From positions 96,001 to 160,000 of the forward strand of contig OZ250183.1 of the NCBI GenBank assembly GCA_965238225.1: a stretch of DNA of 64,000 nt, written 5' to 3'. Made by a program: the position numbers and the translations under genes. Below, one piece after another: positions 52,842 through 64,000 of the stretch. The notes below the pieces were generated by a model. The model did no database searches. It had not been told where the DNA came from and saw only the letters and a list, made by a program, of their open reading frames with translations. The DNA comes from Gammaproteobacteria bacterium (GTDB lineage Bacteria > Pseudomonadota > Gammaproteobacteria > Eutrophobiales > Eutrophobiaceae). Numbering within the stretch: position 1 is the stretch's first letter; the number at the start of each line of letters is the position of its first letter.

Positions 52842-54695
52842 TTATCCACCAATGACTCCATTTACATGACGCAAAAAATCTTCTGTATCCATAAAACCAA
52901 CAAGACGATGTGATTTTTCTTCAATCCCTTGTTTGTTGAAAAAAAGCAAAGCTGGAGGCCCATATAAATTGAATTTTTTAAGCAAAGCATTATCAAGTTC
53001 GTTATTTTCTGTGACATCCGCCTGCAACAAAACAACCTTATGCAATATCTGACGGACTCTTGGATCTGAAAATGCCCCGTGTTCCATTTCCTTGCAGGTA
53101 ATACACCAGTCCGCATAAAAATCCAGCATGGCAAATTTGTTTTCTCTGGCAGCTTTATTTAAGGCAGACTGCAAACCATCGATACCTTTAATCATTTGAA
53201 ATGATAATGTATTGAGCCTGCCCTCATCTGCCTGATTTTTACTTAATAAACCCTCTAAAGGCTTAAATATATTACTGCTGCCGCTGGCTGCGCCAATTAT
53301 TAACAACATTCCATAGACAAGCATGGCAAACCCTAAACCGCGCCATAAACCTTGCCATTTTGACAATTTTTCTGATCTATCCAGTGCCCCCATATGGATA
53401 GCGGTAACAATGAATAATAGTGCCCATAAAGCCAAGGTCAGGTAGCTTGGTAATACGCGACCCATAAACCAAACCGCCACCCCTAACATCAATACACCAA
53501 AGATATGTTTGATGAATTCCATCCAGACACCTGCTCTGGGTAATAATTTTCCTGCTGAAGTACCAATCACGAGTAAAGGCACGCCCATGCCCATGCCCAT
53601 GGCAAACAGTACAAAACCACCCAGCACCGCATCACCTGATTGGCTAACATAGAGCAATGCCCCGGCGAGTGGTGGCGCGATACAAGGTCCGACAATGATG
53701 GCGGACAATACTCCCATGACTGCGACGGAATATAGTGACGCTGCTTGCTTTCCACTTGCGCCCAGAAGCTTATTTTGCAAGCTGACTGGCAATTGTAATT
53801 CATAAAAGCCAAACATGGATAAAGCCAGCAATACAAACACGCCACTAAATGCAGCAATAACCCAAATGTTTTGTGCAGCAGCTTGCAAATTGAGTTTGAA
53901 TGATCCAGTGATAACACCCAAAACAGCATAGGCTAATGCCATGGCAATGACATAGATTAATGACATATAAAATGAACGTAAGGTAGTCATACTGCTTCCT
54001 TGGCCAATAATAATCCCTGATAAAATTGGAACCATAGGAAACACACAAGGCGTAAATGCCAGCAACAATCCAAAACCAAAAAAGATAATGATATTTTGCA
54101 AAAAGCCATCATCTGATAAATGTTTGGTGATTACATCTTGTTTAGAAAGCGCTCTTCGCTCTAGATTTGATGCGTCAGGCTCACCTGCTGCGTTCGTAAT
54201 TAAATTGATTGGCAATGTCTTGCTTATCGGCGGATAACACAGAACATCTTCCTTACAGCCCTGATACTTAACAAGTAATTCCACAACAGATGCGGTGACA
54301 TCTTTTCTTTGCACTTTTAGCTTGGCATCAACAGCATGGTAATTTACCCAGACACTCCCAAAATCCGGATCATTCTTCAACTTACCTTCGGGCAGCTTAA
54401 CATCGGTGATGGTGATGTCATCGCCTTGTAAAGAAAATTGAAATTTGTCCTTGTAGAGATAGTAGCCTTCCGCAATCTGCCATTGCACATTGATCACATT
54501 TTCCGAAACTGCTGCTGCAGAGATAATAAATGCCTCTTCAGGATCCAGAAATTCAGCTTGTTTGTCCTTGGTAAATTTGCCGAATAGGTTATCAATCTCA
54601 TCAGACAAAGACCCTGCCGATGCGATATTAAAAAAAATTGTTGAGGCAGTAACTACCAAAACGAGTGCCGGCAAACGGAGCGTAGCCATATTCAT
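52842..54695 (-). CDS. dsbD: Thiol:disulfide interchange protein DsbD
   Basis: YQGC...CYPP, FTPCVFPM, GPCIAPP, YADWCITC. Confidence 0.95.
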   Translation of the reverse strand: MNMATLRLPALVLVVTASTIFFNIASAGSLSDEIDNLFGKFTKDKQAEFLDPEEAFIISAAAVSENVINVQWQIAEGYYLYKDKFQFSLQGDDITITDVKLPEGKLKNDPDFGSVWVNYHAVDAKLKVQRKDVTASVVELLVKYQGCKEDVLCYPPISKTLPINLITNAAGEPDASNLERRALSKQDVITKHLSDDGFLQNIIIFFGFGLLLAFTPCVFPMVPILSGIIIGQGSSMTTLRSFYMSLIYVIAMALAYAVLGVITGSFKLNLQAAAQNIWVIAAFSGVFVLLALSMFGFYELQLPVSLQNKLLGASGKQAASLYSVAVMGVLSAIIVGPCIAPPLAGALLYVSQSGDAVLGGFVLFAMGMGMGVPLLVIGTSAGKLLPRAGVWMEFIKHIFGVLMLGVAVWFMGRVLPSYLTLALWALLFIVTAIHMGALDRSEKLSKWQGLWRGLGFAMLVYGMLLIIGAASGSSNIFKPLEGLLSKNQADEGRLNTLSFQMIKGIDGLQSALNKAARENKFAMLDFYADWCITCKEMEHGAFSDPRVRQILHKVVLLQADVTENNELDNALLKKFNLYGPPALLFFNKQGIEEKSHRLVGFMDTEDFLRHVNGVIGG

Positions 54696-55022
54696 TTATT
54701 TTGTACTGTTTTCAATCCAACGAAGATATTCTGTAAGTCCATCCTTAATTGAGACTGCAATAATTTCCGGAAGTTCGTAGGGATGTAAGGACTGTATCCT
54801 CTTTTGAAGCGCAGGAAAATGTTTGGAAGTAGTTTTAATCAAAAGCAATAATTCGGCCTCAGATTCTAATTTAGAATTCCATTTAAAATATGAAGATAGT
54901 CCGGGAATGATATTGACACAGGCAGCGATATTATTAATAAGCAAATCCTGCGAGATTTTTTCTGCAATGATCATATCAGGGCAGGTGCTTAAAACCAGTA
55001 AATGTTCTACTTCTTTAATCAA
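54696..55022 (-). CDS. cutA: Divalent-cation tolerance protein CutA
   Basis: AACVNI, LLIKT, HPYELPEII. Confidence 0.92.
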   Translation of the reverse strand: MIKEVEHLLVLSTCPDMIIAEKISQDLLINNIAACVNIIPGLSSYFKWNSKLESEAELLLLIKTTSKHFPALQKRIQSLHPYELPEIIAVSIKDGLTEYLRWIENSTK

Positions 55023-55132
55023 AACATTTCCAAATATAGTTTTTCAAATGACTTGAATTACCCTATTCTGCCAACACACCATTAAATAGATCAATAGAAT
55101 CAAACACTAATTTTAACCAAAGGCAGGTACTC

Positions 55133-55564
55133 TTGTTTAATTTATTCATCCTGTTATTTATTTTCACTCCGCTAATCGAGATTTACCTGCTGATTCAAAT
55201 CGGCAGTGAAATTGGCGCAATGTCCACCATAGCATTAATTTTGTTCACAGCATGTATGGGCGTGACCTTATTGCGAATAGAAGGGTTTGTGGTACTGACA
55301 AAAATCAGACAAAGTCTAAGCCAAGGAGAATTACCCGCAGGGACAATGCTGGAAGGCCTCGTATTACTCATCGCAGGCGCCTTTTTGTTAACGCCAGGCT
55401 TTTTCACAGATGCGATTGGCTTTATCTGTCTAGTACCCTCTATACGCCAAAAAATTGCCAATTCTGTCCTCAAAAAAGCCATTGTTACACAACATAATAA
55501 GAAAACCGATGCACGCGGACATGGCAAAAAAGTTACTTTGGAAGGCGACTATTGGGAAAATTAA
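55133..55564 (+). CDS. fxsA: FxsA family membrane protein
   Basis: PLIEIYLLI, LLTPGFFTD, C-terminal LEGDY; upstream of groES. Confidence 0.88.
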   Translation: MFNLFILLFIFTPLIEIYLLIQIGSEIGAMSTIALILFTACMGVTLLRIEGFVVLTKIRQSLSQGELPAGTMLEGLVLLIAGAFLLTPGFFTDAIGFICLVPSIRQKIANSVLKKAIVTQHNKKTDARGHGKKVTLEGDYWEN

Positions 55565-55642
55565 GGAATCGCAAATTATACTGGTAAATCATCTTCTTAT
55601 GAGACTGCGTTTGGCGCTGGCAATATTTTTTTATCTTGGGAA

Positions 55643-55671
55643 TTAGCACTCGATTAGAGTTAGAGTGCTAA
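55643..55671. promoter_or_regulatory. CIRCE-like inverted repeat with an 11-bp spacer
   Basis: TTAGCACTC-gattagagtta-GAGTGCTAA. Confidence 0.75.
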
Positions 55672-55677
55672 AAGAAT

Positions 55678-55707
55678 TTGACAGCAGCAGGAACCATCCT
55701 ATAGAAT
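55678..55707 (+). promoter_or_regulatory. Sigma-70-type promoter of groESL
   Basis: TTGACA (55678-55683), 18 bp, TAGAAT (55702-55707), between the two CIRCE elements. Confidence 0.6.
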
Positions 55708-55733
55708 TGGCACTCACTCGGCTAGAGTGCTAA
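55707..55733. promoter_or_regulatory. CIRCE element (HrcA operator)
   Basis: TTGGCACTC-N9-GAGTGCTAA upstream of groES. Confidence 0.88.
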
Positions 55734-55781
55734 AAAGTAACCCTTAACCATTTAGAACCCGTATTTTCAGGAGAAAAATAC

Positions 55782-56072
55782 ATGAATATACGTCCCTTAC
55801 AAGACCGTGTGATTGTCAAACGCATGGGAGAGGAAACCACTAGTGCTGGCGGTATCGTGCTTCCAGATTCTGCCACAGAAAAACCAATTCGTGGTGAAGT
55901 GCTGGCTGTAGGTCCTGGCAAAATTCTTGATAGTGGTGAAAAACGTCCACTTGATATTAGCGTTGGTGACACTGTACTGTTCGGCAAATACTCCGGCACA
56001 GAAGTCAAGCTCGACGATGAGGAACTCCTTGTCATGCGTGAAGAAGATATCATGGGCGTTATAGAAGGTTAG
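55782..56072 (+). CDS. groES: Co-chaperonin GroES
   Basis: [24 protein letters not shown]. Confidence 0.98.
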   Translation: MNIRPLQDRVIVKRMGEETTSAGGIVLPDSATEKPIRGEVLAVGPGKILDSGEKRPLDISVGDTVLFGKYSGTEVKLDDEELLVMREEDIMGVIEG

Positions 56073-56095
56073 CCCTTCTAAGACCGCAGAACTAA

Positions 56096-57772
<1,677 letters not shown>

Positions 57773-57801
57773 CCGTCTGTTTTATACTCTCAGTAACTCC
57801 C

Positions 57802-57838
57802 AAAAAAGCTCGTGAGCTCAGTGTTTACGGGCTTTTTT
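57802..57838 (+). terminator. Intrinsic terminator after groEL
   Basis: AAAAAAGCTCGTGAGC-loop-GTTTACGGGCTTTTTT. Confidence 0.75.
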
Positions 57839-57919
57839 GTTGCTCGCTGCTATCAGTTAGTAGCAGAACAAATAGATACCAGATACTGACTTGACGCAAA
57901 CACATCCAGTGTCATTCAG

Positions 57920-58140
57920 TCGCGAAAGCCAAATTCAGCCAACCGTTTGATGCAGACCTTTCAGCAAGAGCTATACATATACATTGCAGAAAATGAGAGC
58001 AGGCGGCGAGCAGGTGATGACGGCGCAGCATGTTCAAGTGAATGATGGTGGTCAGACCATCGCAGGGGGTCAAATACTAAAAAAGAGTAAACCCTACATG
58101 GTGGACTTTCTACCAGTAGATCAATCGCAACAGGCCAGTG
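57920..58140 (+). pseudogene. Fragments of phage/mobile-element genes (HGGxSTG-domain protein and its usual upstream partner)
   Basis: NSANRLMQTFQQ.../LQKMRAGGEQVMTAQHVQVNDGGQTIAG, then LHGGLST at 58094-58114 in another frame. Confidence 0.55.
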
Positions 58141-58276
58141 AACAAAACAGACGATTCAACAGCGAAAGGTAGATTCATGTGCTATTGTGCTACTCTTACA
58201 GAAGGCAATCAGCCCATGCTTGTTAGCAAGCTAGGGAGGGAAATGAGCCTTACTAATATTAAATAAGGACAGCAAA

Positions 58277-58883
58277 ATGAGAATAGCGCTTGTAGGGCTA
58301 CTTGCATTTACAATAGCGGGATGTGCAAGCATGGCTGATGTAGGTTCAAAGTTTGCTGGAATTGGGACAATTAGCAAAGAACAATCAACCTTTGATAATG
58401 CAACCATTATCACAATGTCTCCTGCTCTTTTATATGCAGAAGGCGAATGGTTAGGTGTTCCTGTTAGGCTTGGTGCACGTTGGTCAAGTAATTCACCAAG
58501 TCATGTATCATTGATCATGTCGTATAGTTCAAATACATACGGTAGCTCTAGCGGTCTGTATACAAACTTTTCTGGGATGGATTTAAATATCGATGGCAAA
58601 ATAAGCTCCTATAAATCATCGGGTTTAACGAAACATAGTGATAGCGGCTATAATTCAGTATCAAGAACTGATTTATACGGATAGCAAAAATTCAGTAACT
58701 ATCTCTTTGAGAGTTTTAAAAGAAATGTTAAATGCTAAAGACACTCGTTTACGTATTAATACAGGTGATGGTTATGTAGATGCTCAATTCTCAATAGAAA
58801 GAATTCCCGGTGGTCAAGGTACTGCGATTCTTTCAATGAGGGAGTTTGCAGCTAAAGTTGATTCTAAAATTGCAACTCCCTAG
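58277..58883 (+). pseudogene. Lipoprotein of unknown function with a +1 frameshift near 58670
   Basis: Lipobox TIAGC. ORFs 58277-58684 and 58638-58883 join as ...SVSRT/IYTDSKNSV... if one base is removed. Confidence 0.7.
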
Positions 58884-58914
58884 GGTATCGTAAGTTTAAT
58901 GAAGGATATTAGGT

Positions 58915-59240
58915 TTAAGTTTAAGTTCTTTATATAACTTTAATAATCCATAACTACCACCACCTATCGTACCGATCCATTCCAATATATTTTTGCAGCT
59001 GTAACGTCTTCATTCGAGAAAAACATTTTAACTTGCTCGTACATTTTCATAACAAGTTCAAGAGTAAACTCAAGGCAATTCTGTTCAGCGTTGATAATTA
59101 GCAACGCTTTAATATTGCTGATTTATCACCATTAAGCTCTTTACATTTGCAATTTTACGTAAATCACCTATAGCAATCAACGCAGGTGCTAAACGATTAA
59201 TGTCTATAGAGTGATCTTTTAACGCCGATACTTTTTCTCG
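58915..59240 (-). pseudogene. Frameshifted fragment of a mobile-element-type hypothetical protein
   Basis: ALKDHSIDINRLAPALIAIGDLRKIAN/KELNGDKSAI/...AAK/NILEWIGTIGGGSYGLLKLYKELK across several frames. Confidence 0.5.
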
Positions 59241-59312
59241 CCACAAATTTGCCGCAAGACAAAAAGATCAGTAAAGCTCCTCACTTCAGGATTTGGCTCA
59301 TAATACGCTGTG

Positions 59313-59897
59313 TCATCCTGAAAGATATATGCTCAAGTCGTTTAAGGGGGCAATAATCAGCCTGAAGGAAAGATTAAGCAATATCAAAACCACAAAAGAT
59401 GACCAGTCGATACCACCTGCTGCAGGAATATAGCGTCTTATTGGTCTTGCCAGAGGTTCGCTTAGTTGATAAAGCAAAACGCTAAAAGGCGAGTAATTAC
59501 CGGGCGAAATCCAGCTAACAATAGCTTGTATAATAATAACGGCGATGTATATCGATATTAGTAACTGCAGTAATTTTGCAATAATAATAACTAGAATACT
59601 CGCAGGCGATGGGATATGCCCGCTAAGCAGCAATGCGATGAGGCATATTTCTGTAAATTGTAACAGGACAAGCAACAGGATAGATGACCAATCAACCTTC
59701 ATATGCTGAGGGGTGATCCTGCGCAATGATTTTAAAACAGGATTTGTTACGGTAATCAAAAATTGACAGATGGGATTATAAAAATCTGCTCGAACGATTT
59801 GCAGTAAAAAACGCAACATGACCGCCAATATATATAATCCAAATATTATATTTACAAGGTAAACGCCTGCATTTGCGAAGTAACCGCTGCCAGACAT
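59313..59897 (-). CDS. yggT: YggT family membrane protein
   Basis: RADFYNPICQF, two YGGT repeats, GGIDWS; follows proC. Confidence 0.9.
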   Translation of the reverse strand: MSGSGYFANAGVYLVNIIFGLYILAVMLRFLLQIVRADFYNPICQFLITVTNPVLKSLRRITPQHMKVDWSSILLLVLLQFTEICLIALLLSGHIPSPASILVIIIAKLLQLLISIYIAVIIIQAIVSWISPGNYSPFSVLLYQLSEPLARPIRRYIPAAGGIDWSSFVVLILLNLSFRLIIAPLNDLSIYLSG

Positions 59898-60724
59898 TAC
59901 CCTTGCTCCAATGAGGCAGCTAATTCAACCGATTTTTTTTGTGCGGCCTTTAGGGCATCTTTAAATAAATCTGCAATACCGCCGTCCATTAACACATTCA
60001 AAGCCTGCTCGGTCGTGCCACCTGGAGAGGTGACCTGTTTACGCAAGGATGCTACATCATGATTACTTTCTAATGCCATTTTTGCTGCACCGAATGCAGT
60101 TTGTAAGGTGAGTATGCGTGCTTGTTCTTTGGGTAATCCAAGTTCGGTTGCAGCTTTTTCCATAACTTCCATGATAAGAAAGTAATAGGCTGGACCACTT
60201 CCCGATAAAGCAGTGACGGCATCCATAAGTGTTTCATTATCGAGCCACAAAGCCAAACCAACAGAATGCATAATTGCTTCTGCCAGATTGCGTTGCGTAA
60301 TACTGGTCAATTGATTTGCACACAATGCAGCTGCTCCTGACCGAACTAATGCTGGCGTATTCGGCATAATACGCACAATAGCAAGTCCTGCTCCAGCCCA
60401 TTCTTCAAGCTGCGAAAGTTGAATACCTGCTGCTATCGAGATAAGCAGAGGCTGCTTTTGTGCTAAACTTGGCCTGATCGCCTGCAAGGCAGCTTTAATT
60501 GATTGTGGCTTGACTGCCAGCACAACAACGTCTGCATCTTTAATCGCTTCTTGATTGTCTTCCAGTACTGAGATATTGAATTGGAAAGCTGCTGTTTGTC
60601 GCTGCTTTGCGTTTATGTCAGTTCCGATTATAGAGTCGGCTGATAGGCCGTTGGCAAGTAATCCTCCAATCAGACTTCTGCCCATGTTTCCACAGCCAAT
60701 GAAACTTATTCTCGAATTTTTCAT
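59897..60724 (-). CDS. proC: Pyrroline-5-carboxylate reductase
   Basis: FIGCGNMG, MPNTP, SGSGPAY, VTSPGGTT. Confidence 0.97.
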   Translation of the reverse strand: MKNSRISFIGCGNMGRSLIGGLLANGLSADSIIGTDINAKQRQTAAFQFNISVLEDNQEAIKDADVVVLAVKPQSIKAALQAIRPSLAQKQPLLISIAAGIQLSQLEEWAGAGLAIVRIMPNTPALVRSGAAALCANQLTSITQRNLAEAIMHSVGLALWLDNETLMDAVTALSGSGPAYYFLIMEVMEKAATELGLPKEQARILTLQTAFGAAKMALESNHDVASLRKQVTSPGGTTEQALNVLMDGGIADLFKDALKAAQKKSVELAASLEQG

Positions 60725-60849
60725 TGAAAACTCTCTATAATTTATTTAATGTAAATATCGGGTAAGTGTAACAATTTATATTCAATTTGATATAGACCAA
60801 ACAGTTTGCCAAACACCTAAGTAGATAGATCCCTAGTAGATAATAATAA

Positions 60850-61593
60850 TCAGTAATTTCGCCTGCCAAAGATTGCAGTACCTATGCGTACCATGGTTGC
60901 CCCTTCTGCAATGGCTGCTTCTAGATCACCACTTGTGCCCATGGATAAAGTATCTATCTCAGGGTGCGTGGTTTGTAGCTCAGTAAATAGTAGTCGCAAA
61001 CGCCTGAAAGAAATGCGTTGTTTCTCAAAATTAGCATTTTTTTCTGGCATAGCCATTAACCCTCTTATTTTAATACTCTCTAAGGATGAACAATCATTAA
61101 CAAGCTGCATTAGTTCGTCCTCAGCGATACCAGATTTACTACTTTCACCGCTTATGTTGATTTGCAAACATACATTTAAAGGCGATAGATGATCTGGACG
61201 TTGCTCATTAAGTCTTCGGGCAATTTTAATTCTGTCAATGGTATGTACCCAATGGAAGTGTTGTGCTATATCCCGTGTTTTATTTGACTGTATCGGCCCA
61301 ATGAAATGCCAAGCGAGCTGATAATTTTTTAGGCTTGCTATTTTACCTACTGCCTCCTGTAAATAATTCTCAGCAAAACAAGATTGTCCGGCATTTATGG
61401 CTGTCTTTATGGCAGCGAAAGACTTGGTTTTGCTAACTGCCAATAGCTGCACTGAGTCAAGTTTGCGCCCAAAACATCGTTCAGCGTCAGAAATTCTTTG
61501 CCTGATTTGTGCAAGCGCAATAAAAATATTTTTTTCGGCGCTAATTTCAATATTTTTATACTTCCCAGTATTTTTATTCTTGATATTTTTCAT
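60850..61593 (-). CDS. yggS: PLP homeostasis protein, YggS family
   Basis: LLAVSKT, ENYLQE, WHFIGPIQSNK, LSMGTSGD, VRIGTAIFG. Confidence 0.95.
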   Translation of the reverse strand: MKNIKNKNTGKYKNIEISAEKNIFIALAQIRQRISDAERCFGRKLDSVQLLAVSKTKSFAAIKTAINAGQSCFAENYLQEAVGKIASLKNYQLAWHFIGPIQSNKTRDIAQHFHWVHTIDRIKIARRLNEQRPDHLSPLNVCLQINISGESSKSGIAEDELMQLVNDCSSLESIKIRGLMAMPEKNANFEKQRISFRRLRLLFTELQTTHPEIDTLSMGTSGDLEAAIAEGATMVRIGTAIFGRRNY

Positions 61594-61718
61594 TAGATAT
61601 CAGTGGTCTATATTGCAAAAAACAAGTAGCATTGTGACAAGACCGTCATGCGTTGCAGGACAATGCATGATGCAGTAAATTTTTACCTATTGTAACTATT
61701 TTCCCAAGGAGAATTTGG

Positions 61719-62759
61719 ATGGATATTGGTGAACTTCTCGCATTTGGTACAAAAAATGGCTCGTCCGATCTGCATTTATCTGCTGGTGTGCCGCCCATGA
61801 TTCGCGTTGATGGTGACATGAAAAAAATTAATGTGCCTGTCCTTAGTGACACAGAAGTTCATGACATGGTCTACGATATAATGAACGATAAACAACGTAA
61901 GGATTATGAAGAATTTCTGGAATGTGATTTTTCTTTTGAAATTCCTGGTTTGGCGCGATTTCGTGTTAATGCGTTCAACCAAAACCGTGGTGCTGGTGCT
62001 GTATTTAGAACCATTCCATCAGAGATACTGTCATTAGAACAACTAGATGCCCCAAAGATTTTTAAAGACTTGGCTGATACGCCTCGCGGTGTGGTACTAG
62101 TTACAGGGCCTACAGGATCTGGCAAATCTACCACCTTAGCAGGCATGGTGAATCACAAAAATGAAAATGAATTTGGCCATATTCTTACGGTTGAAGATCC
62201 GATCGAATTCGTGCACATCAGCAAGAAATGTCTCATTAACCAACGTGAGGTTCATCGAGATACTCTAGGGTTCAACGAAGCACTGCGCTCTGCCTTGCGC
62301 GAAGATCCAGACGTTATCCTTGTGGGTGAAATGCGCGATCTGGAAACTATTCGCTTAGCTCTATCTGCTGCTGAAACTGGTCACCTAGTATTCGGAACCT
62401 TGCATACCAGTTCTGCTGCCAAAACCATCGACCGTGTTGTTGACGTATTCCCGGCAGCAGAAAAAGATATGATACGTGCTATGTTATCTGAGTCACTGAA
62501 AGCAGTTATTTCACAGACTTTACTCAAAAAAATTGGTGGTGGTCGTGTTGCTGCTCATGAAATTATGATTAGTACGCCTGCTATTCGTAACCTGATTCGT
62601 GAAAACAAGATTGCACAAATGTATTCGGCAATACAAACTGGCGATCAATTTGGCATGAAGACTTTGGATCAGGATTTGGCCGAATTAGTCAAAAAAAATG
62701 TGATTAGTCGGGAAGAGGCGTTGTCCAAGTGTGTCAACAAAAATACTTTCTCAGCTTAA
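61719..62759 (+). CDS. pilT: Type IV pilus retraction ATPase PilT
   Basis: GPTGSGKST, EDPIE, AIRNLIRE; divergent from yggS. Confidence 0.96.
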   Translation: MDIGELLAFGTKNGSSDLHLSAGVPPMIRVDGDMKKINVPVLSDTEVHDMVYDIMNDKQRKDYEEFLECDFSFEIPGLARFRVNAFNQNRGAGAVFRTIPSEILSLEQLDAPKIFKDLADTPRGVVLVTGPTGSGKSTTLAGMVNHKNENEFGHILTVEDPIEFVHISKKCLINQREVHRDTLGFNEALRSALREDPDVILVGEMRDLETIRLALSAAETGHLVFGTLHTSSAAKTIDRVVDVFPAAEKDMIRAMLSESLKAVISQTLLKKIGGGRVAAHEIMISTPAIRNLIRENKIAQMYSAIQTGDQFGMKTLDQDLAELVKKNVISREEALSKCVNKNTFSA

Positions 62760-62799
62760 CAGAAACCTTCATCAACATAATAAATAACACGAAGAAATC

Positions 62800-63990
62800 A
62801 TGGAAAGAGAACAAGCAATAAAATTTGTACGCGATCTTCTCAAGCTTATGGTTGAGAAGGAAAGCTCTGATTTATTTATCACGGTTGATTTTCCCCCGGC
62901 AATCAAAGTACATGGCAAGATTACACCTATAGCAAAAAAGAAATTAACGCCAGAATACGCTAAGGCAATATGTTACGCCTTGATGAATGACAGACAGGCA
63001 GAAGAGTTTGAAAGCACTAAGGAATGTAATTTTGCTATTAGTCCTGTGGGTGTTGGGCGATTTAGGGTTAATATATTCATGCAACAGAGTTTCTGTGGAT
63101 GTGTGGTGCGCGCTATTTTAATGGATGTGCCAAGTCTCGATGGATTAGGGTTGCCGGAAACCCTCAAAGAAATTTCCATGATCAAGCGTGGAATGGTTAT
63201 TCTTGTCGGTGGCACTGGCACTGGCAAGTCAACCTCGCTGGCTGCTATGATCGATCACAGAAACCAGCACGCATTCGAACATATCATCACCGTTGAAGAT
63301 CCCATTGAATATATTCATCCACACAAAAATTGCATCATTACACAACGTGAAGTAGGAATGGATACAGATAACTGGGGAATTGCCCTAAAGAACACTTTGC
63401 GTCAGGCGCCCGATGTTATTTTGTTGGGCGAAATTAGAGACAGGGAAACCATGGATTTTTGCATCTCTTTCTCAGAAACAGGGCATTTAGCTATGGCTAC
63501 CTTACATGCCAACAGTTCCAACCAAGCATTAGACAGAATTATTAACTTTTTCCCAGAAAACCGTCATCAGCAATTATTAATGGATTTATCTTTGAATTTA
63601 AAGGCTGTGATTGCACAGAGACTTTTGAAAGAGGCCAATGGTGAAGGCAGAGTTGCTGCAGTTGAAGTCTTACTGGCATCGCCGCTTATTTCTGATATGT
63701 TCTCAAAAGGTAAAATCCATGAGATTAAGGAAATCATGGCCAAGTCTGTAGACTTGGGGATGAAAACATTTGATCAAGCATTATTTGAACTCTACGAAGA
63801 CAATAAGATTACTCTGGGAGATGCATTACATAATGCAGACTCAATGAATGAATTACGTTTAAAAATCAAACTAGAAAGTAAAAATACTAAGGGGATCACT
63901 GAGGAGGACTTCAGTAATCTACATCTGGCAGATGATTCAGCTGCAGATAAAGACAATATAGATCTAAGACTAAAAAAAGATCCATATTGA
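62800..63990 (+). CDS. pilU: Type IV pilus ATPase PilU
   Basis: GTGTGKST, LRQAPDVILLGEIRD, ALDRIINFFPE; follows pilT. Confidence 0.93.
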   Translation: MEREQAIKFVRDLLKLMVEKESSDLFITVDFPPAIKVHGKITPIAKKKLTPEYAKAICYALMNDRQAEEFESTKECNFAISPVGVGRFRVNIFMQQSFCGCVVRAILMDVPSLDGLGLPETLKEISMIKRGMVILVGGTGTGKSTSLAAMIDHRNQHAFEHIITVEDPIEYIHPHKNCIITQREVGMDTDNWGIALKNTLRQAPDVILLGEIRDRETMDFCISFSETGHLAMATLHANSSNQALDRIINFFPENRHQQLLMDLSLNLKAVIAQRLLKEANGEGRVAAVEVLLASPLISDMFSKGKIHEIKEIMAKSVDLGMKTFDQALFELYEDNKITLGDALHNADSMNELRLKIKLESKNTKGITEEDFSNLHLADDSAADKDNIDLRLKKDPY

Positions 63991-64000
63991 AAAAATACAT

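Noticed and set aside
58222-58230. GTTAGCA upstream of the lipoprotein as a cassette start
   Set aside because: No matching RYYYAAC box after the gene's stop codon.

Overview
Chromosomal window of a moderately AT-rich gammaproteobacterium, mostly housekeeping genes. In order: an MSHA-like type IV pilus/T2SS-type cluster with a sigma-54 response regulator; metF-ahcY under an SAH riboswitch, then metK; tkt-gap-pgk-pyk-[Sel1 repeat gene]-fba; ppiC, carbonic anhydrase, purC, glnS; ubiI-ubiH-pepP; zapB-like/zapA/6S RNA; an AT-rich restriction-modification insert; ilvA/rpiA; a NYN-domain gene; hemF, hisBH, purD-purH-fis; accC-accB-aroQ-tlpA-dsbD-cutA; fxsA; CIRCE-groES-groEL; a decayed mobile-element remnant; yggT-proC-yggS; pilT-pilU. 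The strongest signals outside the ORF track are four. (1) A secreted Sel1 gene of 19 near-identical 108-bp units with mosaic variable positions. (2) An R-M pair with an intact MTase-TRD fusion and a dead nuclease, bounded by integron-cassette-like ends next to 6S RNA. (3) Repeated gene erosion: dusB and ygfB collapsed by internal deletions, and a 14-bp duplication truncating ubiI, which suggests a host-associated genome undergoing reduction. (4) A phage-like HGGxSTG remnant downstream of groEL. No rRNA, tRNA, CRISPR array or intact transposase/integrase was seen. All family assignments are by motif recognition and synteny; no searches were run.
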